From NCBI GenBank assembly GCA_964016885.1, contig OZ024742.1, positions 114,080,001 to 114,144,000 of the forward strand: a stretch of DNA of 64,000 bases, read 5' to 3'. This DNA comes from Eledone cirrhosa. Lineage: Eukaryota. Shown piece by piece: positions 47,271 to 61,270 of this stretch; the stretch's first letter is position 1, and every line of letters begins with the position of its first letter. Position numbers and translations under genes: made by a program. Under the pieces are notes generated by a model. That model saw only the letters and a list, made by a program, of their open reading frames with translations. It made no database searches and was not told where the DNA came from.

Positions 47271-47630
47271 AGGTATAGGATTATCCAATATGTAGTAATG
47301 GTTAATTACTACACTGGATATGGTTGACGTACGGTAAGAGGTTACTCTACGAGTTATGGAAGAATTGTTCAAGAAACTTAGTTCCTGATCCTTCAGTATT
47401 CCGGAGTGTATATAAAGAATAACAGGTAGATATCATAAAAAGGTAATTTATTCCGTGTGCTTACAAGTGTTTCCACGGTGGTACTGCTGCCTAGTTACGC
47501 TACGTGCAAATTCACAAGTACTTGCAGAACTCGAATATCCAATGCTGTGACCACTGTTTCCTCAGAGCAGAATGGTAAATGTACAATGTAAATACCCTTA
47601 AGTGGGTTGTTGGGGAAGATAGAGTAGAAC

Positions 47631-47667
<37 letters not shown>

Positions 47668-47749
47668 AAGAGAGGTTTAAGAAAGCACATGTCAATGTTG
47701 CAGGCATATGCACAAGATTTATTTGCACATTGCGATTATTTCGATATCG

Positions 47750-48620
47750 ATCGGTTCGGGTTATATACAAGGGGAGAGGTCCCGGAAATTGTTTGGCATC
47801 TTTTCATGATGTGTAAACTGTTGACTGAAATGACGAGATCCGTTTATATACTCTTATTGTTGGGTTTGATGTAGGTGGGGTAATAAAATAGATTTAGGAT
47901 CAATATAAAGATGAAACAAATTGTAAAACGATAGGATTTGAATGACACGATGAGGTTTGTCCATGTACATCTTCACACATTCCGGAAATCCAATCGGTAC
48001 GCCTGAGCAGGTTTTTGTGGGTTTTACATCCTCTCTCCTAACCATTAGGCCCACACAATCCAAGCGTGAATCCCAGATCCCGTCTCAATCACCCACTAAC
48101 TAATTTAAAAGCTGTTGTTATTCACCGAACTAACATATATGGATAGGAGACTTATTGCGTCAACTTCGTGAATACAGCGAGAGTTCCTGTATCATATCAT
48201 CTTTTGGTTCCTTTCAAATTATCTGCTTTAGCTCGTCTCAGGAACATTCTGCCATGTCCAATCTAACGAGATTCACGTTTGTACACAGTTCCTGACATTG
48301 GAGACAGTCATATTTTTGACGTTCGGTTCTAATTTATGAAAAAAGGTTTGATGAACTGAGAAGCCGTGCAAGTCTATATTTCCATAACTTCGAATAGAAT
48401 AAAACAATTTGGTTGTAGATAGGTCGGCGAAAAATGTACGGAAGATGTATTTGCAATTTGGTTTTTATCACAGCTATTCAAATTGGGTATTATGGAAATT
48501 GTACATGTGTCTCTTGAAAACACAAGCACGCATATGTTCGTTCCTGAGTTACTTATGTTAATCGAGCAACTGCTCACATACTGTCGAAATATTTCTAAGC
48601 ATTTTCTCCATTCAATATAT
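47750..48620 (-). pseudogene. Very decayed LINE APE-endonuclease-like remnant
   Basis: Minus-strand fragments CLCFQETH (~48520) and PTYIKPNNKSI*TDLVIS (~47870), in the order expected for an APE domain. Confidence 0.4.
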
Positions 48621-50358
48621 TATTTATAAGGCCATGTAACAGTAGGCATGACATATGTCTTTAAAAGTATACTATATAAATTACAGACGCAGTGTACTAT
48701 AATTATATGAAATTTATCCAAACATGCTAATGTGAATTTATAGCATGCTTATATAAATACTCATAAAATACAAGCCATGTTAGCCAAGAATTTCCTAATT
48801 GAAAATATGAAAACAGACGATTATGATTTTCTCCTCAAAATTCTACATATTTAAATAAAGGTTTAATGGTTTTATTGATTCAAATATCTCCCTGGAATAG
48901 AAATATACATTCTGAATTGTGTGGTATCTTATTGTTGTTTAACAGGAAGTAACGTTCTAATAATCATACATATTATTAAAGACGTTCTAGTCGAGCCCTC
49001 TACACTGTTTTGACGTAATTGTTCTGCATCGCGTTATGCAGTATGTCCTTCCTGTTTAGACCAAACTGACTGGGTGGCAGGAAAAGTTGCCCCTTAATAA
49101 ATTATTCGCTATATTTCGATTCACGCTAAATTTATCTTTGAAGATTGAAGGTATATCGTATCTACTCGGATCGAATTTTTAGACCATGTATAAAGGTAAA
49201 TATATAGGATCGACTCTCACATGTATTCTTGTCTTTTGAGGCCTTTAGAGTCAAGCTAGAATCCACAGTACTGTAGCAATAAAAATAAAACCACAATGTA
49301 TTACAGTAATAATACTGATTCTAGCCATTGTGACGAGAGTGACGTGCTCAAAGACAGCTCTGCCTGTGAATCATGTTTCTTGCCATGTAAATATACGATG
49401 GGACGGGCAATGATGAATGCTTATATTGAGTTTGGAAATTAAAAGAATATATGGGTTGCAGGCTTTCGGCACATCTCGTGCATGCATTTTAGTAATTGTT
49501 ATGTAGCACCAACCAACAGATGTGTATTGATTGCTATCTTATGGTGTTTTATTATAAGGACCAACAATTCCACTATATGCACACGCGTTACTGCGCTAGG
49601 ACAGGCTATACAAAGGTATGCATACAAATGGTTACTTTTAAGTTTCAGACATGCCTTAGCATTAATATAAATTTGCTTTAAATTAATGATGATTTTGTTA
49701 CAGTTTTCATTCTAGGTTCAGAATGAAACCTTGAACAACAAATGTTGAGCTGCTATTAATAGGGTGGACATTTCCAGATAATTTTGCCAATAATGGGAGA
49801 ACGACTTATACATGAAATCGTCAATTCCGCGAGTATATACGTGCCCCAGTGTCGTGTGTTATATGATTCGAACATCTCAGTATAGCAGCAGAATCCTTCT
49901 CGGCATGTAAACAAATTAAACTACCTTCTTAGGAAATTAGATATTTACATAACTAATAAAATATATCTGTGTGACCTAAGGTGTGGAATTCTAATACTCG
50001 AGGCAAAACGCTCCTGTGTTTATGATACAGTGATGCATTTTCAGTTTTAAAACCCTGCATATATAATTAAAAAAACAACAAATGCAATGCGTTTAACATA
50101 TGCGAAGAAATATGTCAATACATCAAATATTGAAGCTCGTCACTTCCCTCGGTAGCCATGCAATTATATCAACAGACATAACATTCTATTTCCAAAGAAT
50201 TACATGGTTTTGTCTCATGATTTTCCACAATATCCCCAAGTACCATAACAATGTAGGTTAGATTTGATAAGTTCGATTTATGCGACACAAGATGAATGTC
50301 GTGGATCTTACAAATTTTATTTCAGGAACCTTCCCGGTACACATAAATTAATTCATAA

Positions 50359-50538
50359 TAATTGTTTCTACTTTAGGCACAAGGCCAGCAATCACCCAGT
50401 GCATTACTGGTACTTTATTTTATCGACCCCGTAAGGATGAAAGGCAAAGTCAACCTCGGCGGGATTTGAACTCAGATCGTAAAGGGACGTAACTATGCTG
50501 GAAAGTATGGCGTCCGACCCTCTACCGATACTGCCAAT
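50359..50538 (-). mobile_element. Octopus-type tRNA-derived SINE, near full length
   Basis: Minus strand: TGGCAGTATCGG (A-box-like)...GAGTTCAAATCC (B-box)...GACTTTGCCTTTCATCCTTACGGGGTCGATAAAATAAAGTACCAG...GGCCTTGTGCCTAAAGTAGAAAC. Confidence 0.9.
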
Positions 50539-51472
50539 GTGAGGAACAGTATCGTCATGCCAGGAGAATCTTTATCAATAAACTTGCTTGAGCGTTAACG
50601 AGGTTCGGATATACTACACATACATTACAATCGACTAAGGATCTGACGTTTTTTATCCTCATAATTCTTTCGTTTATTTCAAAATAAGCAATTATGATTT
50701 CACACAAGGCTATCCATTCATTATAGACATTGAATAATATATTTATTGAAATAACCTATGTTACTGCATGTATAAATCGTGCAGGAGTTTTCAAACATAT
50801 TGTATAATTATGATATAGACAAAAATAGAAGTGAATTACAAATATTTAGAGAGTTAATAAAATCAATCTCATCTAGATAAACTCGCATGAAATTCGAATA
50901 TTTGTCGCTGTATTTTGGGGGAGTATACAAATATATACTATCAGATTTGTAAGCATACATCAGAGTTCATCAAGCAGCTAAAGAACGTGTATATAATGCA
51001 TTACCGTCAAAATAGCGATGGGAAACTAATAAAACAAATATATGAATCATCTTTAAAATTATTTCAAAATTAAATATACATAGATACATTGATTGATTTT
51101 AGCGATGCCAAAAGAGTTACGCTACGTTGAAGCTCTAATTATTAGAACTTTAAACAATGATATTGATTTCACTAACTTGTAGTCAATTTACCATCACCGT
51201 ATAGTAAACGCCCGCGTTCCACAAATATCTAAGATGTCATCATTCCGATTGAGAAGCAAATATATCACGAAATAAACAAACATTTAAAGAAGAACATAGA
51301 TACGCACATAGAAACATCAATACGGTTCATACTTACAAACACACATGCTTATATATGAGCTATCATCCATTTTTTTGTAAAGGGGTCATATGCTCTATTA
51401 TTTAGACTATTTTTTATATTGGCAAAAAGTTCGAAGAAATGTCCAGCTTTCTCATATATATATATATATACC

Positions 51473-51504
<32 letters not shown>

Positions 51505-51569
51505 AGTGGGTGTGTGTGCGTGTGTGTGTGTGTGTGTGTGTGCGTGTGTGTGTTTGATTTCTGCGTACT

Positions 51570-52210
51570 AGAAGGTAATGTCGGATTATGTTAAGTATTA
51601 TAATTAAAATAAATAAACATAATTTTTAAAAAATGATTCATCAAATATATAATCACCATCATAAGGAATATCTTTTGATGTTCTTGAGTTTAGTTGATTT
51701 ATTCCTCGTTCAAAATAATTCTGCGTGCTAGAAAAAATAATGATGTGCTCCTTCCACCTCTTCATTACCAGTACCTATTTTTTTCCATTCATAAGATGTT
51801 CACGTGTTAAGAATAAATATATTAGATGGAGGTAGTGTAGTAGGTTAAAACTTCCCTACCTAATGATGTTATTTTTTCTGTGATTTTGTATGCAGTGGTT
51901 TAGCACTTGAAATGTCTTCCATTCTATCCAACAGAAAGTATGCTTTCCACGCAAAGCTGCACTCAAGTCGTCAGGATTTTGACAATAAAGATCTGCAGTA
52001 AATGTTTTTCCTGGTTCCAATAGCTCAAAGTGATATACACCTAGATTATTACAGCTAATGCAGAGTATTATGTAATGCTGGTTTGGGTATTTGAACTGGC
52101 GATTCATTAGTTGAGAATCATTATTTCCTTTACATGTATTGGTTACAAATATAATCGACTCCTCATCTCCAGTAACAATTTGATCGGGGAAACGTGAGCT
52201 TTCCACCCTG
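51570..52210 (-). pseudogene. mariner transposase remnant
   Basis: FPDQIVTGDE, GVYHFELLEPGKTFTADLYCQ; downstream YFERGINQL...DGDYI. Confidence 0.85.
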
Positions 52211-52759
52211 ATAATGGTATTTAGAATATATTAAAAATTAATAACGTTTGTCGCGCATATAAGTGGTCCGACCTGACCAATGTAAATATGTTATGGTGCC
52301 CAAGATGTCAACTTCTCTTAAAGGAGGATAACTCCACTTAGTATCTGATTGGAGGACAATGATTAAATAAGTTGTGTACACAACAAAATGTAAGATGAAA
52401 ATATTACAAATATACATAAAACTAATGACTACTTAAAAAGACAAACGAAATATACATGGAAGCATGGGATGCTAATGTATAGGAGGAAGATGACAGCTAC
52501 GTGAGGAGCATGTAGAGACATCAGAATCACCAATAATACTGATCACCTCCGATAACAAGCCGATATATGGAAAGGGCTTTGATTTTATCTCGAATGTTCA
52601 CTGATGGAATGATTTATATCGTTTATGATTGCAAGACGGAAACATTTTATTTTTAGAGTTAATCAGGCAATCGTTGGTGTGGCTATGTCCATGCCTCAAT
52701 CAAACATAGATCTGTATATCCCATTTAAACGATAAGTTCTTCCGGAGTTAACCCAACTG

Positions 52760-53100
52760 TGCATTGAAGTTTCCCATTAGGATAAACGACTCAGTCTTAA
52801 TATCATCTACCGCTAGTTAAAACTGAGTCATATATCCTAATGGGAGACTTCAATGCATGTTATCTTCAATATGATGTTCCTACCGACCTTTAACTATGGT
52901 CATAAATTCATGGCGGAAAGAATAAGATCTCGAATAGAAGCGGTTGAAATGGGGTTCCTGTGAAGGGTCTTTTCAGGAAACTTACTGGATAGGGTGCATA
53001 GCTCGAAGAGCAGCGATTCGCTCTAGGTAGATCAGCTTCTCGAAATGACCTCGGCTGTCTCGCTTGGGGATCCTATAAGATATGTTGGATTGAGTTTTTC
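52760..53100 (+). pseudogene. RTE-clade LINE remnant (APE motif joined to RT C-terminus) with a local inverted duplication
   Basis: SYILMGDFNA (~52827-52857), then IFNMMFLPTFNYGH..AERIRSRIEAVEMGFL*RV...LLDRVHSS. Confidence 0.7.
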
Positions 53101-53474
53101 TGACAGCAACCGATGCGAGAAGTTTTGGGGGACCTTGTTCTTACGACCTTCTCAGGAATAAATGGGCAAAGAAGAATTCTCAAACAAATTTATGTAGCGT
53201 CACTGTTTCTTAAATGAATGATTGAATATCGTCTTGGATCATATAGAGGCTCATATCTAATTATATGTGTTATTATTAATGGATACCACATATTTATACA
53301 TCACGAATCGGAGATCTACAATTGGAATCCATTTTTCGGGGCTATTATTTAATTTCATAATCATTTGCCAATCATTAATAGCAGGTAAACAGGATACATT
53401 ATCAGCTTTTCTAATTAGGTTATTATTGGCCGTCTCACTATTATAATATTAAATATTCAGTTCGATTGTTGACA

Positions 53475-54255
53475 TTTTTTTTCCTCTAAATATATTGGCT
53501 TTGTTTAATGAACAAAAAATATAATTGACACGTGTTTAGTTGTTTTCTTCCTGTTTCGTCTACAACAACTACAGCGGTACGAGATGGGGCACACCCACAG
53601 CCCCGGCGGACAGAATGGAGAAGGCATTTCCCTGGGGGACGGCAAGAGAGACGCGCTGGAAAAGCCACTCCAACTCACGGGGCTCACACCTGCGGCTGGC
53701 CAGCTCAGCACCTATGGTGGTGAGTAAGTAGATAGCCCTGGGGCCGAGGACACGAGAACTTTCCACTGCCAGGGGTACGACCGCAAACCTGTCGGAGAGC
53801 GACCGGTATTTGAGGAGTTTGGCCCCCTCAGCCCGATGTGCAGCAGAACCTGGGTCAGTCGCAGATTGCACCAGGTTGCAGCTGCAGAAAGTGTCGGTGC
53901 AATTGGCATCCCAGCCGAGGGGTTTGCCACCGCGGAACGGGAAGATGGTCCTGTCATCTGGCCTTTTGCCGTCCCATCGATTCAGCCCAACCGGCTCGAG
54001 CTGGGAAGGGAAACCTTTAGCGTCCAAGCCATGCTTAATGACCTCGTTGAGGGCTGCATGGTTTGGAATGCTGCCGGCACTGTGGCGACAGGAAAGCGGG
54101 TGGAGGCCAAAAGAGTCCACGGTGGAACCGCAGCGACATTGGTGTGGCTGGCAGATCCGGAGGCCGAGCCTCATGGAAACGCCGATGCGCAGGCTATGGT
54201 TGTCGAGCTGCGTGCCAGTGGAGAAGGAGGGCAGGGCATGGAGCCAGGCACCACT
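53475..54255 (-). mobile_element. CRE-like (R2-group) non-LTR retrotransposon 3' fragment: Zn knuckle plus restriction-like endonuclease
   Basis: GAWLHALP upstream; ORF 53569-54174 CRCG..D..GLHPLSC...H, EP.GL.R.DGKRPD, WD..C.DT, AE..K..KY, VPLAVES, LFQRVSLAV..GNA; GC-rich. Confidence 0.88.
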
Positions 54256-54668
54256 ATCTATTATCGGTAATGCAGGGAGAACTAATTAGCCATAATAGTT
54301 CCATTAATATAGAGCGCTAAGAAGTCGGCCAGATTAGGTGTAATCGAGCATAATGTTGTTTTCTTTTTACTTTATAATTAAACCTATTTTTAATAACACT
54401 GATGTACTTGGGTATGGTAATATAATACATTTCTAATGTAGCTTGGTGTTATATATGACTTTAAATTAAATGTTCAATCAACAGTCTTGGTTGTTGTTCT
54501 TTGAATATATGTTCTGTTAAAATCATAGCCATACAGTGATTAGTGCGTAGCTGGATCAACCCCATATGCATTACACCCGCAACAGTTGTCGATTATCAAC
54601 TGGCATCGAACTTAAGCTTTACATTGCTTAGCATATAGTTGTTTTTCAACTTGTCTGAACTTCCGAAC

Positions 54669-54727
<59 letters not shown>

Positions 54728-56214
54728 TATGTGTCTGAGTAGGTGATTGTGTGTGTGTGTGCGCGCGTGTGTGTGTGTGGGTGTGAGTGTGCGTGTGTCT
54801 GTGTGTGTATGTGTGTGTGAGTATATTCAGGAGGAGAGAATATTTGAATCCTGATGGTTATATTGAAATATAGAATAAAATGTATAATATTAAAATACGA
54901 TAGTTCACAATGCTCGTCACTCGTGGTACGTTCTTTGTGAGTTCAGTTTGTATATTTAATAAATAAGGAATTGCACCGACATTTTGGAATTCATTCCAAA
55001 CTGTAAATTATGTTATGTGTAAACTACACTTGACAGAGCATCACTATTTCTACAGTTTGAAGTTCCATCATGGATATGAACATATATCAAGACGGGTTTG
55101 TCAGTTTCCTGTCAAAATTTGTAAGTTGCGGCACCTGAAATGTATTGATAAATATATTATGCCACTTCTGAATGGAAATTGAAGCCGTGTAAATGGATAT
55201 GTAAAGGCAGATTTTGTCTCTTTTATGGTGGGAATGAAATGAATACATCCGCCAATATTTGATGATATTACTGTAAGATTTGTTGTTAAGCATTTTGCCA
55301 TTTCACTGCTTCGACCGTCTGAAACATATATGAACTTATGATCGTTGGTAGTTCTAGAATTGTATTTGTAGGGCAACTTTGTCTTTCTTCTAGAGTAAAC
55401 AGAAAATATATTCTTTAAATATTTCACTCAAACCCTTAACGATAGAGCGCCCATCGTGAGACGTGTATATTAAAGCTATTAATGGAATAGTTCTTCTTAG
55501 GTGACACAGCGGTCTGCGTGATGTTATATAGGTTAACCAAGATGAAATTAACCTTAGTTTAGAATTTCCTATTTATTGCACTCGGAGAGGTATTATAGCT
55601 CTTAGAACATCAGATAACTCTTCTAATGGCGTCATTATTTATTTTGAATGCTGATTAATTCAAGTAAATTACTCAGATTTTCCTAACGCTGTCTGACATT
55701 TTCGATCCACCAACTCAACTATTCTTCCATAAATTGCTACATTGGGATGTTCAATGAACAGTGCGGGTTGAAAACGCTAACGAATAAATATTGCTCACAA
55801 ATGCAATCCACGTGAAACAGCAACCGTATTCATAGTGTATATACAACTAGAATCAATCTAAGCTGTACATAATGAAGAACCCAATTAGCCTACTTGTATG
55901 TTGTGTGACATCAGAGATATATGTAACAAGCAATATATCATGAACGGTAAATTATGGACAAAGCATAATGGGTTTGTAATATTGTTGTACATTGCTTAAA
56001 TTTATTAAAAGTAGGACCACTCTGGCGAACTGTGCATACAATGTAACCTTTGAATTACCAGTCATTGGATTTTATGATTCAGTCCACGAAGTTAAGCTGC
56101 TCTGGGCACAGATAAAATCATTAAAAAGGCTGATTTCATCCTTTATTAGGAAATATTATGTACGCCTTTTTTATTGTTATTGCTATTAATTTGTATTATT
56201 AATATATCAGCTGA

Positions 56215-56421
56215 TGTGGGGACAATGCAGCATCGGTAGAGTGTCGGACAACATGCTTTGTGGCATATATTTTAAGTACTGATTGCAAATCCCACCGAGT
56301 TTAACCTTGCCTTTCAGCTTGCAAGGTGAATAGAATAAAGGACCTGTAATGCACTGAGTTCCATTTAATCAAATTACCCTTCCCTCTTAAAATTATTATT
56401 CTTGTGCAAAAAGTAGAAACA
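56215..56421 (+). mobile_element. Octopus-type SINE, diverged (further remnant at ~56530-56620)
   Basis: GCAGCATCGGTAGAGTGTCGGAC...CAAATCCCACCGAG..TAACCTTGCCTTTCA...CTTGTGCAAAAAGTAGAAAC. Confidence 0.75.
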
Positions 56422-57287
56422 TATCAGAAATTGTTCTTAATATATCGGTTGAAGACAGAATACATGATTGCTATTTTGTCAGACAATACATTTGGTGGAA
56501 TATAGCTATGGTCAATTAAATACTGTGTTAAAATCACACCAACGTCGGATTTGTTTCACACCCTCACTTGGTCGATCAAATAAAGTATATTTAATGAACT
56601 AGCATCGATTGAATCCACATTCGCCACGTGCGAAGTGTGGAAAAAGTATTGATATATATACATGGCGCAAGGCAACTTAATATAGCCCCCAAAATATTAG
56701 TATTTTATGTATTATTACGGTGTGTAAAATGATTATTTAGATTATCTTCAAACAAAAGACTGAATAACATCGAAACATCTTTGAACAACATGTCATATTA
56801 TAGTTACACTACCTTTGTAGTAGGTTTAGAAGGAATAGTGAAACATTTATGATTTATAAGCAGGAGGGAAAATAGAATAACAAATATGAGGTCAAACAAA
56901 CTAAATAAAAGCTCGGAAATGAGATAACCTAATTACACATACTTAAAAAATAAATGTTACACACAATAAACTATATCGAAAGAGAGATTCTAAAATATAG
57001 ATAATATTAACCTTGATATCTTGACCGAAATCATACAATATTTAATCTTGAGATGCCAGGAAAATAAATAAAGCAGCATGGTGCAGAGCTTCTTAGCAAA
57101 GCTGTTTTAATAAAGACAGAAAGCGATACGGCACCAGATATGATGGGTAGCTGCTACATAAACGGGATCATGCGTGACAAATAAGTAATCTGAGCGATTT
57201 AACGGTAAAATGCTAGGGGAGATAGAGAAATGGCGTGCACTGATAGTTCTCAAGAAAACTCTCACAATCCAACGATGTAGCTGAGAA

Positions 57288-57351
57288 AGAAGAAGAAGAA
57301 GAAGAAGAAGAAGAAGAAGAAGAAGAAGAAGAATAAGAAGAAGAAGAAGAA

Positions 57352-57382
<31 letters not shown>

Positions 57383-57485
57383 AAGAAGAAAAACGAAGAA
57401 GAAGAAGAAGAAGAAGAAGAAGAAGAAGAAGAAGAAGAAGAAGAAGAAGAAGAAGAAGAAGAAGAAGAAGAAGAAGAAGAAGAAG
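57288..57485. repeat. (GAA)n microsatellite, ~65 units
   Basis: Direct reading. Confidence 0.97.
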
Positions 57486-57699
57486 ACATGTGAGCTTGTT
57501 TTACTCGACTCGATAAATAATATATGTATTTGAACATTTGTTATCGTGTTTTCTTATATTGGTTTATAATTATGTAATATTCGCATCATATTTAAAAAAA
57601 ATAGAAGTCCTTCCCATTATATTTTATATAATGTCCTCCTTTCAAAAAGCCATGTTAAGAAGGTTTAAGGTATGTGTAAAAGCAATTTCGTTAATGGAA

Positions 57700-57970
57700 A
57701 TAACGAAAAGAAAAACATAAAAGACGTATGATGGATATTACTAACATACGACCACATAGTGTTTGAGAAGAAAAGTGAGAAATTTGAAAAATTTCATGAG
57801 CTGAAGTGGGAAAACAGGAAACTATGGAGAACCAGACAAATAAAAGTAGTAATGATTGTGGCCGGCGCACTGGGGGCAGTTATTAAAAGGTTGGTGGCAT
57901 GGTTTGTGAATTAGGAATTACCATCAGGACGGGATTATGGCAGGACACAAATGTACTGGAAACAACAATG
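57700..57970 (+). pseudogene. R4/Dong-like (RLE) non-LTR retrotransposon C-terminal remnant
   Basis: EKKSEKFEKFHELKWENRKLWRTRQIKVVMIVAGALGAVIKRL...LGITIRTGLWQ. Confidence 0.7.
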
Positions 57971-58329
57971 AGTTCAACACTCTACCTAAAACATATTCTC
58001 CCGCCTTTAACCGTTATACTAATAATGTAATAAATAACGATAATGCATTCTAACTTAGGGCTGAAACATGTAAACAAATATAAAAGAGAGAGAAACAGTG
58101 GTATTTTACAAGAAAATCGAGGAAATATAGATATGAGATAAAAACAAACAATACAATAAAAACAAATACTATTTCCCAATAGTGAGGAGTACGTTAACTT
58201 AGAAAGCCACACATCCTAAACCACTCAACTATCGAAACTCTTACCTGTTCAAAAATAGCCACCGTACTGGCACAGTGTCAGATTAAGACCATTTATTCAA
58301 GTCATTCTCACTATATTCACCCACATTTT

Positions 58330-58920
58330 AACAAATATAATTGATAGTACTTCGCTTTGCAGCATCACCAGCCTTTACAATTATAATTCAAAAAGCTCGA
58401 TCAGGGCTTGGCAGTAGAGGAAAGTGTGTGTTTATTGTTATTTCCGTCGCGTCCACCATACAACCATTTTCCTTATGTAGAGGGAAACGGCCTCCGCTTT
58501 CCAACCTACAGAAAGTGTCGGTGCGATATTCACGATGGACCTGGTTGATATCCGGTTTCGGCCTACACGTGATAAAAGTGGTTCATCAAACCTCCACCAG
58601 TCAGTAATTCACGGCCACTGGAGGAGTGTGATGGAGGAGTGGGAGTGGAACGGTTTCATCACTCTGCACCAAACTCAGGCAAGTCTATTTGAGACTTCCG
58701 CGTCTCTAGAATTATTCTCAAACTTGATGTGTCTCCTCTATCATAGAAACCGGATCGAAGTTTTACCAGATCTGACTGGGGTGTTCTATTTCATCTACAC
58801 CCAGACCCTCTTCGAGAAATTCGTGGTTCTATCCCAATTCTATTCCTTTATGTAATGCTAGAGTGCAATTTCTAGTGATCCCATTTCCCAACTCGTAGAG
58901 GGATATGAAAGCCTGAGAAA
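58330..58920 (+). pseudogene. Old CR1/L2-group LINE ORF2 C-terminal remnant (tentative)
   Basis: Broken fragments KWFIKPP, LHQTQA, CLLYH and TPRPSSR in the order of the post-RT region; elevated GC. Confidence 0.4.
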
Positions 58921-59945
58921 ATCTTTGATGCCAGGCGCCAAGTCACTGTCTGCACTTCAACCACGATTGCAGCTCAGTCAAATATACGAGCCTGCAAAAG
59001 ACATGTCTGGAAATCGGTGAATACAACTGATCACATTTTAGGGATATCTGGTAATGCCCTAAACTCAGCACATGTCTGGACATCATCAGCCAGATATATA
59101 TTAGATAGGTTTCAGGAATTAAATACAATGCAGTAGAAATATATCTGTGGCAGATTATGACAAATAAAACAATGATAACTATGTTTTACAAATGAAACAT
59201 ATTTCAGAGGTAATAACTATTTTGAAATGTAAAACCAAAACGATTCGAAACACTATTATGAAAGCTCAACGAAATCCAATATTGTGGTAGGGTACTAGAA
59301 AAATAAAGACATGAAAGTGGAAAAAAAGCACGTAAATATATTTAAAACATTTTTTCTAATTTTCTTTTTACTTAATTTACGAGAAATTAAGTTTATAAAA
59401 AAGAGTTTTATAAAATATTACAACGTTGCTCTTTATAAAAATTGCATATGTAATTCTGCCGGTCGCCCGAACCTTTGAACAAATATGGTATGTTATAATA
59501 TATACAACGGCTGAGTAAACATATTTGCATACCGAGCGATTTAAACAGCTGGTTTTGCAGAAAGTTAAAAACAAAATTAAAATAAGGTTACTCGATCTTA
59601 CATATCTGGATAAATAAATGCATGTGTGTGTTTTATTCGAATGGTAATATTCGATTCTTTTGCAACTGACAACATCATGCAGAAAGAATCTACTGGTTTC
59701 GATGAGTAAATTCATCTTATCAAATATTAGATTAGAAAAGTCAAAGATTAAAAGATGATGACATTTGAAGTTGAAAAACTTCTCTTCATTTCTGTCTAAT
59801 AGGAATATCTAGGTTTTTCTAGAAGAATTATTCTTTATATAGAGAGTATATTTCCTGAAATACCCCTTTTATAAAAAAACAAATCGTACTCGACGACATA
59901 AAGATAAAATGTAAAAAAGGTGTTTTAAATTTACCTCCGTGTTGG

Positions 59946-60006
<61 letters not shown>

Positions 60007-60463
60007 ATAAAGAATTAATATCTAGTAACATATATATACATACAGATGCATATCAATGCTAGCAAATATATAGGTTTTGTCTTAGTAACTTTGTGGTTCA
60101 ATGCATGAGGTTGCAGAACAATATGAGAGACGTAAAATAAAAAATTATAAAATTAACTTACTTACTAAAATATCACTTCCAAATAATTAGTTTCTGGAAT
60201 GGAATAAATATATTTTCCGAAGAAGATACAGAAAATCATTCCGTCGTCAGGGAAGTCTATTCTCATCTAAGTATCCAGGCAAAGCGTGGACTCTGGAAAC
60301 TTATTCAAAAATAATTCAGTGGATAGGAAATAGCAAAGCGTGGACTGAATTCCTAGCCATTGAGAAAATCACTACCTCTGCGTCGGTGGCAAATTCAAAA
60401 ATAATCAATCACGTGACATCGAGGTCAATCAGTGGAAAGTGGTTTGCTAATAAGACAGCGGCC

Positions 60464-60554
<91 letters not shown>

Positions 60555-60557
<3 letters not shown>

Positions 60558-60700
60558 AGTTATTCCAGGTTGAATCAGAGGTAACCACAGTAAGTAAGGT
60601 ACTCAAGTTTTAATAAAGAAGAGCTTCTACAGGACTAGAATTGTTTCATTCGTGAGAAGTCATGAGGGAGCTCCCTGATGATTTCTCACGAAGCTCTTCT
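60555..60700 (-). mobile_element. Mini fold-back of the 9440 family; HHR-like 60623-60672(-) with CTCATGA core
   Basis: CCACAGTAAGTAAGGTACTCAA...GAGCTTCTACAGGACTAG..TGTTTCATTCGTGAGAA. Confidence 0.75.
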
Positions 60701-61227
60701 ATATATATATATGTGTGTGTGTGTGCGTGTGTGTGTGTATGTGCGTGTGTATGTGTGTGTATATGTGTGTATGTCTGTCTGTGTGCGTGTGTGTGTAGGT
60801 GTGTGTGTGTGCGTGTCTGTGTCATTGTATGTGTGTGCATTTGTGTGCATGTGTGTGTGTATGTATTGTTATCCACATCAATATTGCGTTTACTCATGAA
60901 AAGCTTTTGGTTCGTAAAGGCAAATAATTCATTCATATAATCCATGTATGACAATAAAGCTCCCTACACACTTTATACGATTGCACACATGAATAAATGA
61001 AGATTCATACAGTGAACATCACTTGAAGATCTTCAGGTTTTGGCAACTGTGGTTTTTTTTTGTTTCTTCAAATTGAAAAGTACGATATTTTAGAAGTAAT
61101 ATTCCATTATACCTTGACATATTTATGTATTCAGATAGCCCTCGTCTATATCATTATCTAAACTCGCTCGGAATCAAACCTACCCACAGTCTATCTTTCC
61201 CTAACACCCGCACTCACAAACGGACAT

Positions 61228-61270
<43 letters not shown>

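Noticed and set aside
57262-57537. Poly-Ser/Phe ORF
   Set aside because: Translation of the (GAA)n repeat.
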